Position numbers and translations under genes: made by a program
Source of the DNA: Longivirga aurantiaca
GTDB taxonomy: Bacteria > Actinomycetota > Actinomycetes > S36-B12 > CAIYMF01
Assembly: GCF_042660085.1 (NCBI RefSeq)
Contig: NZ_JBHSTI010000058.1
Coordinates: 16,665-48,664 of the forward strand
Reading direction: 5' to 3'
Length of the DNA: 32,000 nucleotides
Shown: piece by piece, positions 9,750-18,451 of the stretch
Numbering within the stretch: position 1 is the stretch's first letter
Layout of the letters: each line of letters opens with the position of its first letter
The notes under the pieces: generated by a model
What the model was told of the DNA's origin: nothing
What the model saw: only the letters and a program-made list of their open reading frames with translations
The model's database searches: none

Positions 9750-11471
9750 ATGCCCGCGCGAAGCCCGCTGCTGCTCGCATCGCTGCGCGGCTACCGCCGG
9801 CCGTGGTTGACCGCGGACCTGCTGGCCGGGATGTCGGTGTGGGCCGTGCTCGTGCCCGAGTCGCTGGCCTACGCGACCATCGCGGGCGTACCCCCGGTCG
9901 TCGGCTTGTACGCCGCCGTGCCGGCGCTCGTGCTCTACGCAGTGCTCGGGTCCTCCCGACACCTGGTCGTGGCGACCATGTCCGCCACCGCGGCCCTGTC
10001 CGCCAGTGTTGTCGCCGTCTATGCGCGCCCGGGCTCCGGGGACTACGTCGCGATCACGGCGATGCTGGCCATCGTCACGGGCGTGCTCGGCGTTGTCGCC
10101 GGGCTGTGCCGACTGGGGTTCCTCGCCACGTTCATCTCCGAGCCCGTGCTCCGGGGCTTCATCGTCGGTCTTGCGCTGACCATCATCGCCGGGCAGCTGC
10201 CCGCGCTGTTCGGAGTGCCCAAGGAGGCCGGCGACTTCTTCGAGCAGATGGCTGGCCTGCTAAGGCAGCTCGCCCACTCCAACGCCGCGACGCTCGGCGT
10301 CGGGCTCGTCAGCCTCGCAGTTGTGCTCGGCTGCCGGCTCTGGCTGCCACGGCTGCCCGGTTCGCTGATCGCGGTGCTGCTCGGCGTCGCCGCAGTGCCG
10401 CTGCTCGACCTCGTCGACCGCGGCGTGGCGATCGTCGGACCGATCCAGGCCGGTCTTCCCACCCTCGGAATCCCCAGCGGACACGGCCTGGCCGACTACC
10501 TCGGGCTGGTGTCGGCAGCCGCCGGCATCCTGCTCCTCGGCTTCGTCGAGGGCCTCGGACCCGCCAAGGCCTACGCCGCGCGGGAGGGCCTCGAGATCGA
10601 CGCGAACCGCGAGCTGATCGGGGTGGGCGCGGCCAACATCGGCGCCGGGATCACAGCGGGCATGGTCGTGAACGGCACACTGGCCAAGACCGCGGTCAAC
10701 GTCAACGCCGGAGCCAAGAGCCAGGTCTCCGGACTCACGGCCGCCTCGCTGACGATCATCACGCTGCTGTTCCTCACGGGCTTGTTCGAGAACCTGCCCG
10801 AGGCCACCCTCGCCGCCATCGTGATCGCCGCCGTCATCGAGCTGGTGAACATCCCGGCGCTCGTCCGGCTCTACCGCGTCTGGACCGGGCATCTGGGCCG
10901 GATCTACGGCTGGGCCGCCCGCGCCGACTTCATCGCCGCCCTCGCCGCGCTGCTCGGCGTGCTCGTCTTCGACACGCTGCCGGGCCTGTTCATCGGCATC
11001 GTGGTCTCGATCCTGCTGCTGCTCTACCGCGCGTCACGCCCGCAGGTGGCCACCCTTGCGAGCACCGCCACGACCGACGGCCGCGACCACATCTGGGTCG
11101 ATGCCGCACGCCACCCCGACCTCCCCGTCCGCGACGACGTCCTCGTCGTCCGCGTCGAGTCCGGGCTCTTCTTCGCCAATGCCGACAACGTCCGCACCGC
11201 CATCCGGGACCGCATCACGCCCACCACGACGGCTGTCGTCCTCGACGCCTCCACCACCCCGGCCATCGACGTGTCGGCCACCGAGATGCTCGCCCAGCTC
11301 GCCGGCGACCTGCGCCGCGACGGCATCGCACTGCTCATCGCGCACGGGATCGGCCAGGTCCGCGACGTCCTGCGACGTGCTGGTGCCGAGCAGGACGTCC
11401 TTCAAGCCCTGTACGACACCGTCGACGAGGCCGTCGCCGCGGCACCCCCCGAGCGCGTCCCAGGCACGTAG
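9750..11471 (+). CDS. SulP family inorganic anion transporter with C-terminal STAS domain
   Basis: 'RPWLTADLLAGMSVWAVLVPESLAYATIAGVPPVVGLYAA', 'GSSRHLVVATMSATAALSASVV'; C-terminal 'TAVVLDASTTPAIDVSATEMLAQLAGDL' STAS. Confidence 0.95.
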   Translation: MPARSPLLLASLRGYRRPWLTADLLAGMSVWAVLVPESLAYATIAGVPPVVGLYAAVPALVLYAVLGSSRHLVVATMSATAALSASVVAVYARPGSGDYVAITAMLAIVTGVLGVVAGLCRLGFLATFISEPVLRGFIVGLALTIIAGQLPALFGVPKEAGDFFEQMAGLLRQLAHSNAATLGVGLVSLAVVLGCRLWLPRLPGSLIAVLLGVAAVPLLDLVDRGVAIVGPIQAGLPTLGIPSGHGLADYLGLVSAAAGILLLGFVEGLGPAKAYAAREGLEIDANRELIGVGAANIGAGITAGMVVNGTLAKTAVNVNAGAKSQVSGLTAASLTIITLLFLTGLFENLPEATLAAIVIAAVIELVNIPALVRLYRVWTGHLGRIYGWAARADFIAALAALLGVLVFDTLPGLFIGIVVSILLLLYRASRPQVATLASTATTDGRDHIWVDAARHPDLPVRDDVLVVRVESGLFFANADNVRTAIRDRITPTTTAVVLDASTTPAIDVSATEMLAQLAGDLRRDGIALLIAHGIGQVRDVLRRAGAEQDVLQALYDTVDEAVAAAPPERVPGT

Positions 11472-11738
11472 GACGACCGGGTGCCCGTCGACCGTCAGGT
11501 GCAGCGAGGCAGGGACTGTCTCCCGCCACGGTCGGCGGTCATGAGCTCGATGCTCGCAGGCTCGGACGACGGATCCGGGCCGTATCGCCAGCACCGAGCA
11601 CGGAGACACTCGCGCGGGATTGCACCGGACGAGTGCGCGATCGGTGCCGTCGCCGCGGGTGAGGTTCGTGAGCCTTCCTGACGGAGGGCCCGCGACAACC
11701 GGACGTCCCCGACCCGGACGGGACGGGGCTTCGAGCGG

Positions 11739-11784
11739 AGCGGGTGACGGGAATCGAACCCGCACTGTCAGCTTGGGAAGCTGT
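11739..11784 (-). tRNA. 3' half of tRNA-Gly(CCC) (anticodon arm to acceptor 3' strand), probable att site
   Basis: Minus strand reads acagcTTCCCAAgctgacagtGCGGGTTCGATTCCCGTCACCCGCT: anticodon loop TTCCCAA, T-arm GCGGG-TTCGATT-CCCGT, acceptor CACCCGC. No matching 5' acceptor GCGGGTG or D-arm is present to the right. Confidence 0.75.
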
Positions 11785-11905
11785 AGGCAGGCTGGACTTG
11801 TAGGGTGCTGACCTGCAGTTATACACATCTGCGATCCTTGCGTGGGCTACACGTGGGCTAACCTAAGGGCGAGTAGAGGTGCTCGTCAGACCCTGAGGGG
11901 GCGAG

Positions 11906-13111
11906 GTGGCGACAACGGCGGGGGCCGCCAAGCGGAAGAGATCGTCGGCCTTCGGGACGGTAGAGCAACTGCCGTCCGGGAGGTTCCGAGTCCGTTGGCA
12001 AGACGACAACGGACGTCGTGTCACCGCACCGCACACCTTCGCGACCAAGTCGGACGCGCGGCGCTACCTCGCCACGGTGGAGGCCGATCGCATCCGCGGG
12101 ACCCTCGGAGCCCGACGGCAGGTCAGCGAAAACTTGAGCACCTACGGGAGCGCCTGGATCGCACAGAGGCCGCAGATCAAAGACTCCACCCGCCACCAAT
12201 ACGACATCGACTTCCGGCTTCACATCGAGCCGTTGCTCGGCCAGCTTCGCCTCATCGAGATCGACGCGGAGGCTGTGCGCCGCTGGCACGCGGATGAGTC
12301 ACTCAGGCTGCGGGAGGAACTGGCTGGATCGGGACGGTCCGGCGCGGCAACCGTCGCGCGTGCGTACCGGCTGCTCAGGTCCATCCTGCAGACGGCAGTC
12401 GACGACGAGATCCTCGGTCGAAACCCGTGCCGGATCTCAGGCGGCGGAGACGCCCGTTCGACGGAGCGGCCGGTCCTCTCCGCTGAGGAGATCGGGTGGT
12501 TGGCCGAAGCGGTGCCCGGGCGGTACCGAGCCTTCGTGCTCGTCGCTGGTTTCACCGGACTGCGCGCCGGCGAGATTGCGGCTTTGCGCATTGCCGACCT
12601 CAACCTGCGATCCGGCAAGGGGAGCGTCACGGTGAATCGTCGCTTCTATCGCGTCGGAGGTGCCATCACCGTCGACACTCCCAAATCGCGGGTCGGTGCC
12701 CGCGTGGTTGCACTTCCGACCTTCGTCGCCACGGAGCTGCGTGCTCACCTCAATGCCTACAGGCCCAGCGCGGATGGTGCTGATCTGGTCTTTGTCACAG
12801 CCGGAGGCCGCGACGTCATCGACGGCTACTCCCAGGTGCTGCGCCGGGGCCTCAACCGAATCGGCCGCAGCGACGCGCGAGCGCACGACCTCCGTCATTC
12901 GGCGTTGACGTCCGCAGCCGAGCACGGGGCGACCCTGGCAACGCTGATGCAGATGGCCGGGCACTCGACGCCGGCGGCGGCGCAGCGGTACCAGCATGCG
13001 ACGCTCGAGCACGCGCGTCGAGTGGCCGCGGCGATGGACAAATCGGCAGCGGGATTCGTCTCGCGTAGCGGGAGCAAGAGCAAGGCTTCAGGACCCGCCG
13101 ACAGCACCTGA
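11906..13111 (+). CDS. int: Phage-type tyrosine integrase/recombinase
   Basis: 'FTGLRAGEIAALRIADL', 'HDLRHSALTSAAEHGATLATLMQMAGHSTPAAAQRYQHA' (R..HxxR..H/W..Y catalytic pattern); AP2-like N-terminus 'SGRFRVRWQDDNGRRVTAPHTFATKSDARRYLA'. Confidence 0.96.
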   Translation: MATTAGAAKRKRSSAFGTVEQLPSGRFRVRWQDDNGRRVTAPHTFATKSDARRYLATVEADRIRGTLGARRQVSENLSTYGSAWIAQRPQIKDSTRHQYDIDFRLHIEPLLGQLRLIEIDAEAVRRWHADESLRLREELAGSGRSGAATVARAYRLLRSILQTAVDDEILGRNPCRISGGGDARSTERPVLSAEEIGWLAEAVPGRYRAFVLVAGFTGLRAGEIAALRIADLNLRSGKGSVTVNRRFYRVGGAITVDTPKSRVGARVVALPTFVATELRAHLNAYRPSADGADLVFVTAGGRDVIDGYSQVLRRGLNRIGRSDARAHDLRHSALTSAAEHGATLATLMQMAGHSTPAAAQRYQHATLEHARRVAAAMDKSAAGFVSRSGSKSKASGPADST

Positions 13112-13333
13112 TGGCTCGACAGTCCCCGCAGCGATGAAGGCGTCCAGATCTCTCCGGTCGATCCTGACGTACCTCCCGATCTTGTAGAACCGGATGCGAC
13201 GCTCGGCGACGAGCCGTCGAACGAATCGCACCGGCGTGCCCAGTGCTAGCGCGGCTGTCTCGACGTCCAGAAGCGCGTCGGACGTCGTCGCATCACGCGC
13301 CCTGGTCTCCACGTTCGGCACGTCGCCTCCCAC
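13088..13333 (-). CDS. xis: Excisionase-like small HTH (MerR/helix-turn-helix type 17) protein
   Basis: 'LLDVETAALALGTPVRFVRRLVAERRIRFYKIGRYVRIDRRDLDAFIAAGTV', typical excisionase/HTH_17 pattern, adjacent to integrase. Confidence 0.85.
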   Translation of the reverse strand: MGGDVPNVETRARDATTSDALLDVETAALALGTPVRFVRRLVAERRIRFYKIGRYVRIDRRDLDAFIAAGTVEPSGAVGGS

Positions 13334-13679
13334 TCAAGCGGTCTGCATCAAGATGCGCGGTCGAGTGACTCGAGCGGTGACCGACGTGTCCAGATAGCGA
13401 GCCTGGTCGACGAACTTACGGCGGTGCTTGCAGCGCGCGCCGAGGTTCCTAGCAATTCGGCGTTGCGCACGTGCACCCAGCTGCAGAGAACCGCGGTGGC
13501 CACCCACCCAACCTGCGGCCAATTCCCCGCAGGTGGGCGACGGGACCGACCGGCTGTGGCTCGACAGGAGCCCTCGCACATCTTCATGCGACGGCGTGTT
13601 GTCCCCAACCTCGTCCACCGCCGCTGGGTGCGCGCTCGCCGTAGGTGGACTCTTCCCGCTGGCCTAAAGGAGGCATCGC

Positions 13680-14063
13680 ATGACTGCACTGGATTCGTCG
13701 GCTCCAGTTCGGCTCTGGGGGGCTCTGGCGTCCAGCCTGACGGAGCTGTATCGCCGCACGTTGACCGCGTCGGCGATGCGGGACGACACCGAGGCCATCG
13801 TGGTGGCGATCGGCCTGCGGGAGGCGCTGGAACGCATCGCCGACCTGACGGCGCCCGACCCAGGCTCGCCGCTTCCCGTGGCGACCTCCGGCGACTCGAG
13901 CCACGACGCGGGCAGGTGGGTGCGAGGCGGACGAGTGGCGATCACGGAGCTGCTCGCTGTCCCCGTCGTGCATGACGTCGCGCCGACGGACCTGCTTTTG
14001 CTGGCCCGGGTGGCGCACCTGCTAGGGCGGGCGGAGGACGTCCTGGCCGAGGCCGCGGCGTGA
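13680..14063 (+). CDS. Hypothetical protein (127 aa)
   Basis: Strong RBS AAAGGAGG 7 nt before ATG; 4-nt overlap (ATGA) with the next CDS. Confidence 0.75.
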   Translation: MTALDSSAPVRLWGALASSLTELYRRTLTASAMRDDTEAIVVAIGLREALERIADLTAPDPGSPLPVATSGDSSHDAGRWVRGGRVAITELLAVPVVHDVAPTDLLLLARVAHLLGRAEDVLAEAAA

Positions 14064-15442
14064 CAACCCCAGCTTCAGCGGGTGCCACCTACGGGGAGCT
14101 CATGCACGCTGCGACCCGGCATGTCGCGTGGGCGGCGATGACCGTGAGCACCGAACGCTTCTCCGACCGTGCCGCAGCGTTCAGCGCCCTCGACGCTCAT
14201 CGCGCGGTGCTGGTGGCCGCGGGCGGGCATCTGCTGTTCCTGGCTGGCGGGCTGCACCGTGGCGAAGGGCTGGTGTCGGCGCCGGACCAGTCGGACCGGC
14301 CTGCGTTGGCGCTGGCCCGGGCACTGCAATCGCTGCAGGCCCGCGACGTGGCCGACCGAGATCAGGGCCGTGGCGGGCCGGCGCAGTCCTGGGTCGCTGC
14401 CGTGAAGGCATTGGGCGCGGCCCGGGACCTGGTCGCCACACACCGGGATGCCCGGGGCGCGGACCGCACCCCGGACGCTGGCGTCTTGGACGACGGCGCC
14501 GAACGCGCAGCCGGGTACCTGCTGGTCGCCGACCTCGTCGACACGGTCGCCGCTGCAGACCGTGACCTGGCGCTGCGCGCCGCCCAGGCCGGCATCGCAT
14601 GGTCGAAGGTCGAACGCGCGATGCCCGGCCTGACCCGGGTGAGTGAGGCAGTGCGGGTGCTGCGCATGCAGGCCGCCTACCCCGCCTCGGGCGCTGCTCG
14701 CCTCGCCCGCCTCCCCTTGGCCCGGCCGGGCGTCACCTCGCCCACGCCAGCCGGTGCGCTGCTGCAACGCACCGACCGGCTGCGTCTCGGGGCCTGGACG
14801 CTGGCGCGGCATCCGCGGCGCGCCAACGCTGCGGACCTGGTCGAGTACGCCGCAGCAGCGGCCATCCTGCACACCCACCTCGCTGCGCACGCTTCCGCCC
14901 TGGAGGATCCCGCCCTGGCCGGGGCGTGGTCGCAGCAGCGCACGGCTTGGGTCGACCAGCACCGACTGCTCGCCAGGTTCACCAGCGGCACCCCCGCGAC
15001 CCTGGGCTTGCGGGCCGACGTCGCGGCGCTGCCCGCCTCCGCGGCGATCGCCCTTCCTCTGACTCGTGACGCCGCCGGGATTCGCGCCTTCGGCGCGGCG
15101 CAGCTCAGCCCCGCGCTGATGCTGGAGCTATCCGCAGCCTGCACCGATCTCGCGGTCACGAACCAGACGACGCTGCGCGCCCTGCTCGATCGGGACGCTC
15201 TGTTCATTGATGCCCGCTACCTGACCGGCGACCAGGTCACCGACCACACCGACCTGATCGAGGCCAAGATGGCCGGGCGGTACGTCCCCGCCGCTGCAAG
15301 CGACTTGGCGCCCGCCCTCGCCGGCTACACATCGCTCGCCGCAGCCCAGCCCACCGCATCAACCTTCCCGCCGGACAGGGCTCCCGCCGATCGCCTGGCA
15401 GCGACCAGACGCGTCGACCGACCCACCCTCGAGCGCACGTGA
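14060..15442 (+). CDS. Hypothetical protein (460 aa), Ala-rich
   Basis: Long ORF translationally coupled to the preceding gene; no family recognised. Confidence 0.8.
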   Translation: MTTPASAGATYGELMHAATRHVAWAAMTVSTERFSDRAAAFSALDAHRAVLVAAGGHLLFLAGGLHRGEGLVSAPDQSDRPALALARALQSLQARDVADRDQGRGGPAQSWVAAVKALGAARDLVATHRDARGADRTPDAGVLDDGAERAAGYLLVADLVDTVAAADRDLALRAAQAGIAWSKVERAMPGLTRVSEAVRVLRMQAAYPASGAARLARLPLARPGVTSPTPAGALLQRTDRLRLGAWTLARHPRRANAADLVEYAAAAAILHTHLAAHASALEDPALAGAWSQQRTAWVDQHRLLARFTSGTPATLGLRADVAALPASAAIALPLTRDAAGIRAFGAAQLSPALMLELSAACTDLAVTNQTTLRALLDRDALFIDARYLTGDQVTDHTDLIEAKMAGRYVPAAASDLAPALAGYTSLAAAQPTASTFPPDRAPADRLAATRRVDRPTLERT

Positions 15443-15462
15443 CCGGCTCGCCGACTTCCGGC

Positions 15463-15814
15463 GAGCCCGTCACCGACTCCGTCACGAGCACGAACCGACT
15501 CCGTCACGAGCAGGTGCGGACTCCGTCACCGACTCCGTCACCGGCGTCAAGGGCCGCCATCGCCGCAGGTCAGGGCGCTACCGAAGTTCGCGACGGAGTC
15601 CATGACGGAGTCGGCCACCACGCTTGCCACACACCGGATACATCGCAGAGGAGGTCGCCGTGGCTACCCAGCACATCCTCGATGTTGAGCCCCGGTCTGG
15701 CGGTCGCCGGCTCCGACCTGGACTCCGTCATCGACTCCGTCTCGAAACTAATCGGTCGGTCGAGAGGCGGTTCCTTCCTCGGAAGTCGCCCGCGACGGAG
15801 TCCATGACGGACCC
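15463..15814. repeat. Array of GACTCCGTC repeats (9 exact copies, both orientations, plus 2 degenerate)
   Basis: Core at 15475, 15497, 15519, 15531, 15721, 15733 (+ strand) and 15592, 15604, 15794 (as GACGGAGTC); degenerate copies at 15463 and 15806. Spacing is 22, 22, 12, 12 and 12 nt. Confidence 0.85.
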
Positions 15815-15863
15815 CCTCACAACGCTGGCCCTGCCATCGACCAACCCGATGCAGGAGGACCAC

Positions 15864-16751
15864 ATGACCCCCATCACGACCCTGGATCACGCCCGCCCCG
15901 CGGGTGAGCCCACCGCGGTCCTGGACCGCACCCGCATGAGCCTGCTGGCGTACCTGGACCTCGTCGACGTCCACGGCTGGGATGGCCCTGCCGGCTGCGC
16001 ACTGCTCTCGTACGTCCGCGACACAGTGGTGCGTCCCCAGGTCTCCTACCGCGGTCTGACCGGCCCCGTCGCCGCACAGGCCGAGGCCACTGCATGGACG
16101 ATGACGTGGCGAACGCTGACCTCCCCCCGGATCCGGGATGCCGAGTCGCCCTGGGGGATCCTGTGGTCCGCCGCGCGCCGGGCGATCGAGGACGAGTCGA
16201 TCGCGGCCGCTTACGGCACCCAGCCGCGTAAGGCCTGGCAGCAGCGTGCGAGTCAGCGTCTCGCCGCCCGCAGTTCCGACCCGTGCCTTGTCAGCGTGTC
16301 GCTGCCGCCGTTGAGCTGGGAGCTCCTCTCCGAACATGGGCTGGAGCCCGCATCTAGCGTGGGCGGAGGGACTTGGGCGGCTGGCGACGCGCCGATCCTG
16401 ACCGCGGTGGTCGCGGTCTTGCTCGAGGCCGGTTGGCAGCTGGAGCCGGCCTCACGGGCGCTGCTGTCCGTCGCCGCCCGCAGTCGCCACCGCGGCGGCC
16501 GTCCGCACGTCCTGGGCGGGTACCGCGGGGTCGCAGCCGACGCGACGATCCCCGGCTGGCAGGCGCGCCGACTGGTGCACGTGCTCCTCGGCACCCAGCA
16601 GTGGCCCGGCCTCATTGAACGTCTGGCGGTACGGCCCGACCGGGGAGCGATCGACGCCGTCATGCACGCGGCCCTCCGAGCCACGCTCGACAAGACACTC
16701 ACGAGCCCAGACATGCTCATCCGCAACGCCACCCTTCAGGCCGCGTCGTGA
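15864..16751 (+). CDS. Hypothetical protein (295 aa)
   Basis: GCAGGAGGACCACATG gives a strong RBS and start inside the longer listed ORF (15624..16751); ends TGA 16751. Confidence 0.8.
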   Translation: MTPITTLDHARPAGEPTAVLDRTRMSLLAYLDLVDVHGWDGPAGCALLSYVRDTVVRPQVSYRGLTGPVAAQAEATAWTMTWRTLTSPRIRDAESPWGILWSAARRAIEDESIAAAYGTQPRKAWQQRASQRLAARSSDPCLVSVSLPPLSWELLSEHGLEPASSVGGGTWAAGDAPILTAVVAVLLEAGWQLEPASRALLSVAARSRHRGGRPHVLGGYRGVAADATIPGWQARRLVHVLLGTQQWPGLIERLAVRPDRGAIDAVMHAALRATLDKTLTSPDMLIRNATLQAAS

Positions 16752-16930
16752 CCCGGCCCATGAGTCGCGCGGCGACCGGCCGTTCGAGGTCACTCGATCG
16801 AGTACACCCGGAGCGCGCGCTGTCCACAGGTTCCGGCGAACAGGGTGCCGCGCGTCAACGAGAGGGGGTACAAAGAGCGGATCGACGGGGGAACGTCCCG
16901 TCACACCGACGCAGCAAGGCGGTGGTGACG

Positions 16931-17503
16931 ATGATCAGCGGCCATGCCTGCCGCGCGGTGCTCGCAGCGCTACTCGGAGCCTTCGTCCTCGTCGGCTGCA
17001 CCGAAGCCCCGCAGGACCCGCTGCCTACGTCGTCGTCGCCCGGTACGCGACCGTCAGCGTCCTCGACCGCCCCGACGGTGTCGACTACGCCTACCGAGTC
17101 CGTTGAGGCACTCGCCGCTTACGACCGGTTCTGGGCGGCGAAGGTTGCGTCGCAGGCGGATCCGACCAAGCAGCCGCCGAAGGCCTTGCGCGCCAACGCC
17201 ATCGACAAGGCCTTGTCCGATGCTCTCGCGACGGTGCTCCTGCTGCGCCGCAATGGAGTGGAGATGCGCGGGGAGCCCGTTCACGAAACATCCGTGGTCT
17301 CAGTGACGGCTGGGGCGCGACCCGAGGTGGCCATCACGGACTGCCTGGACTCCACTGAATGGCTTCCCGTCGTCGTGGCGACCGGCGAGTCTGCGCTCGC
17401 CCCAGGCCAATCACCGCGCGTCGTTGTCGAGTCGGTGGCGACCATCTTCGATGGGCGCTGGGTCATCAAGACTTCGACTGCGTTCCGGGATCGCTCGTGC
17501 TGA
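16931..17503 (+). CDS. Putative lipoprotein (190 aa)
   Basis: N-terminus 'MISGHACRAVLAALLGAFVLVGCTEAPQD' with lipobox LVGC, Ser/Thr/Pro linker, 'AYDRFWAAKV' domain. Confidence 0.8.
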   Translation: MISGHACRAVLAALLGAFVLVGCTEAPQDPLPTSSSPGTRPSASSTAPTVSTTPTESVEALAAYDRFWAAKVASQADPTKQPPKALRANAIDKALSDALATVLLLRRNGVEMRGEPVHETSVVSVTAGARPEVAITDCLDSTEWLPVVVATGESALAPGQSPRVVVESVATIFDGRWVIKTSTAFRDRSC

Positions 17504-18411
17504 CGCGGGTCGTCGTGTCGCTCGCTGTGGCGGCGATGGCAGCGCTCGCGACCGCCGCCAATGCGGAGGCGACCGGCACCTCCGGCGGCGTCACGTGTCC
17601 ACCGGATCAACCCATCTGCATCATCGTCGTCGAGGGTCCCGGCAGTCCCGGGTCGACGCCGACTCCCACACCGGGCGGCGGTACGACGCCCGAGTGCCGC
17701 CTGCCGATCACCGGCGAGGCAGTCGACTGCTACGACCCCACCTTCGGCTGGTGGAGCAATTCCCAGGGCTGCTACTTCATGCTGGTCGACCCTCAGCCAG
17801 TCAGTAGCGACCCAGTCTGGTCCGGACGCCCAGCCGGGGGCGCCATCTACCTGGCGACGTGCCTCAGCACGGGAGGCTCCGGCGGGGGATGGGTGTGGCT
17901 GTCGGGACCTCCTGACGGTTACGGCGGCACCGCGACGCCGGCGACGTTGGCGCAGCGGGCGCTGGACTCGATGCGCCTGGACGGTCCGGACATCGGCATG
18001 GCACCGGATCCCTCGGGCACAGGGCTCGTCGGTCTGCCGGTGTGGATGTGGACCGAGGTGCGTGCCTCGACGTGGGGTCCGACGTCGGCGACGGCGTCGA
18101 TCCCGGGAACGTCGGTGACCGCGACGGCGCGGGCGTCGAAGGTGGTGTGGGACATGGGCGATGGCTACACGGTGACGTGCACGTCGCCCGGCACCCCATA
18201 CACGACGTCGGCCGGCGATACGCAGTCCCCGACGTGCGGGCACGTCTACAACCGGTCCTCGGCGTCGCAGCCCGGCCACGCCTACGCAGTCACGGCGACC
18301 ACGACGTGGGTGGTGTCGTGGGCCGGCGGCGGGCAGTCCGGCGTGCTGACGGTGACCCGGACGTCGTCGACGAGCGTGCGCATCGGCGAGCTTCAGGTGC
18401 TGGTCACATGA
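17497..18411 (+). CDS. Secreted hypothetical protein with possible PKD-like region
   Basis: GTG start at 17497 gives the signal peptide 'MLTRVVVSLAVAAMAALATAANAEA'; 7-nt overlap with the previous CDS; Thr/Ser/Gly-rich mature part with 'VVWDMGDGYTVTC...CGHVYNRSS' PKD-like pattern. Confidence 0.8.
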   Translation: MLTRVVVSLAVAAMAALATAANAEATGTSGGVTCPPDQPICIIVVEGPGSPGSTPTPTPGGGTTPECRLPITGEAVDCYDPTFGWWSNSQGCYFMLVDPQPVSSDPVWSGRPAGGAIYLATCLSTGGSGGGWVWLSGPPDGYGGTATPATLAQRALDSMRLDGPDIGMAPDPSGTGLVGLPVWMWTEVRASTWGPTSATASIPGTSVTATARASKVVWDMGDGYTVTCTSPGTPYTTSAGDTQSPTCGHVYNRSSASQPGHAYAVTATTTWVVSWAGGGQSGVLTVTRTSSTSVRIGELQVLVT

Positions 18412-18451
18412 GCACCGGCGCGCGGCGTGCCATGCGACGGGAGGTGGGGCG

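Noticed and set aside
9734-11662. 642-aa plus ORF in another frame over the SulP gene
   Set aside because: Arg-rich frame-shifted translation; the SulP frame has TM helices and a STAS domain.
11739-11815. A complete tRNA-Gly gene
   Set aside because: The sequence right of the anticodon arm has no D-arm (no GG in a D-loop) and no GCGGGTG 5' acceptor to pair with CACCCGC.
15463-15814. Repeats as a CRISPR array
   Set aside because: The repeats are 9-12 nt, in both orientations, with very short and irregular spacing and no cas genes.
15624-15863. Upstream extension of the 375-aa ORF through the repeats
   Set aside because: A much better RBS (GCAGGAGGACCAC-ATG) is at 15864, and the upstream part is the repeat array, not protein-like.
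16842-16850. CTGTCCACA as an actinobacterial DnaA box (origin candidate)
   Set aside because: Single imperfect match to TTGTCCACA, no cluster and no AT-rich unwinding element; coordinates approximate.
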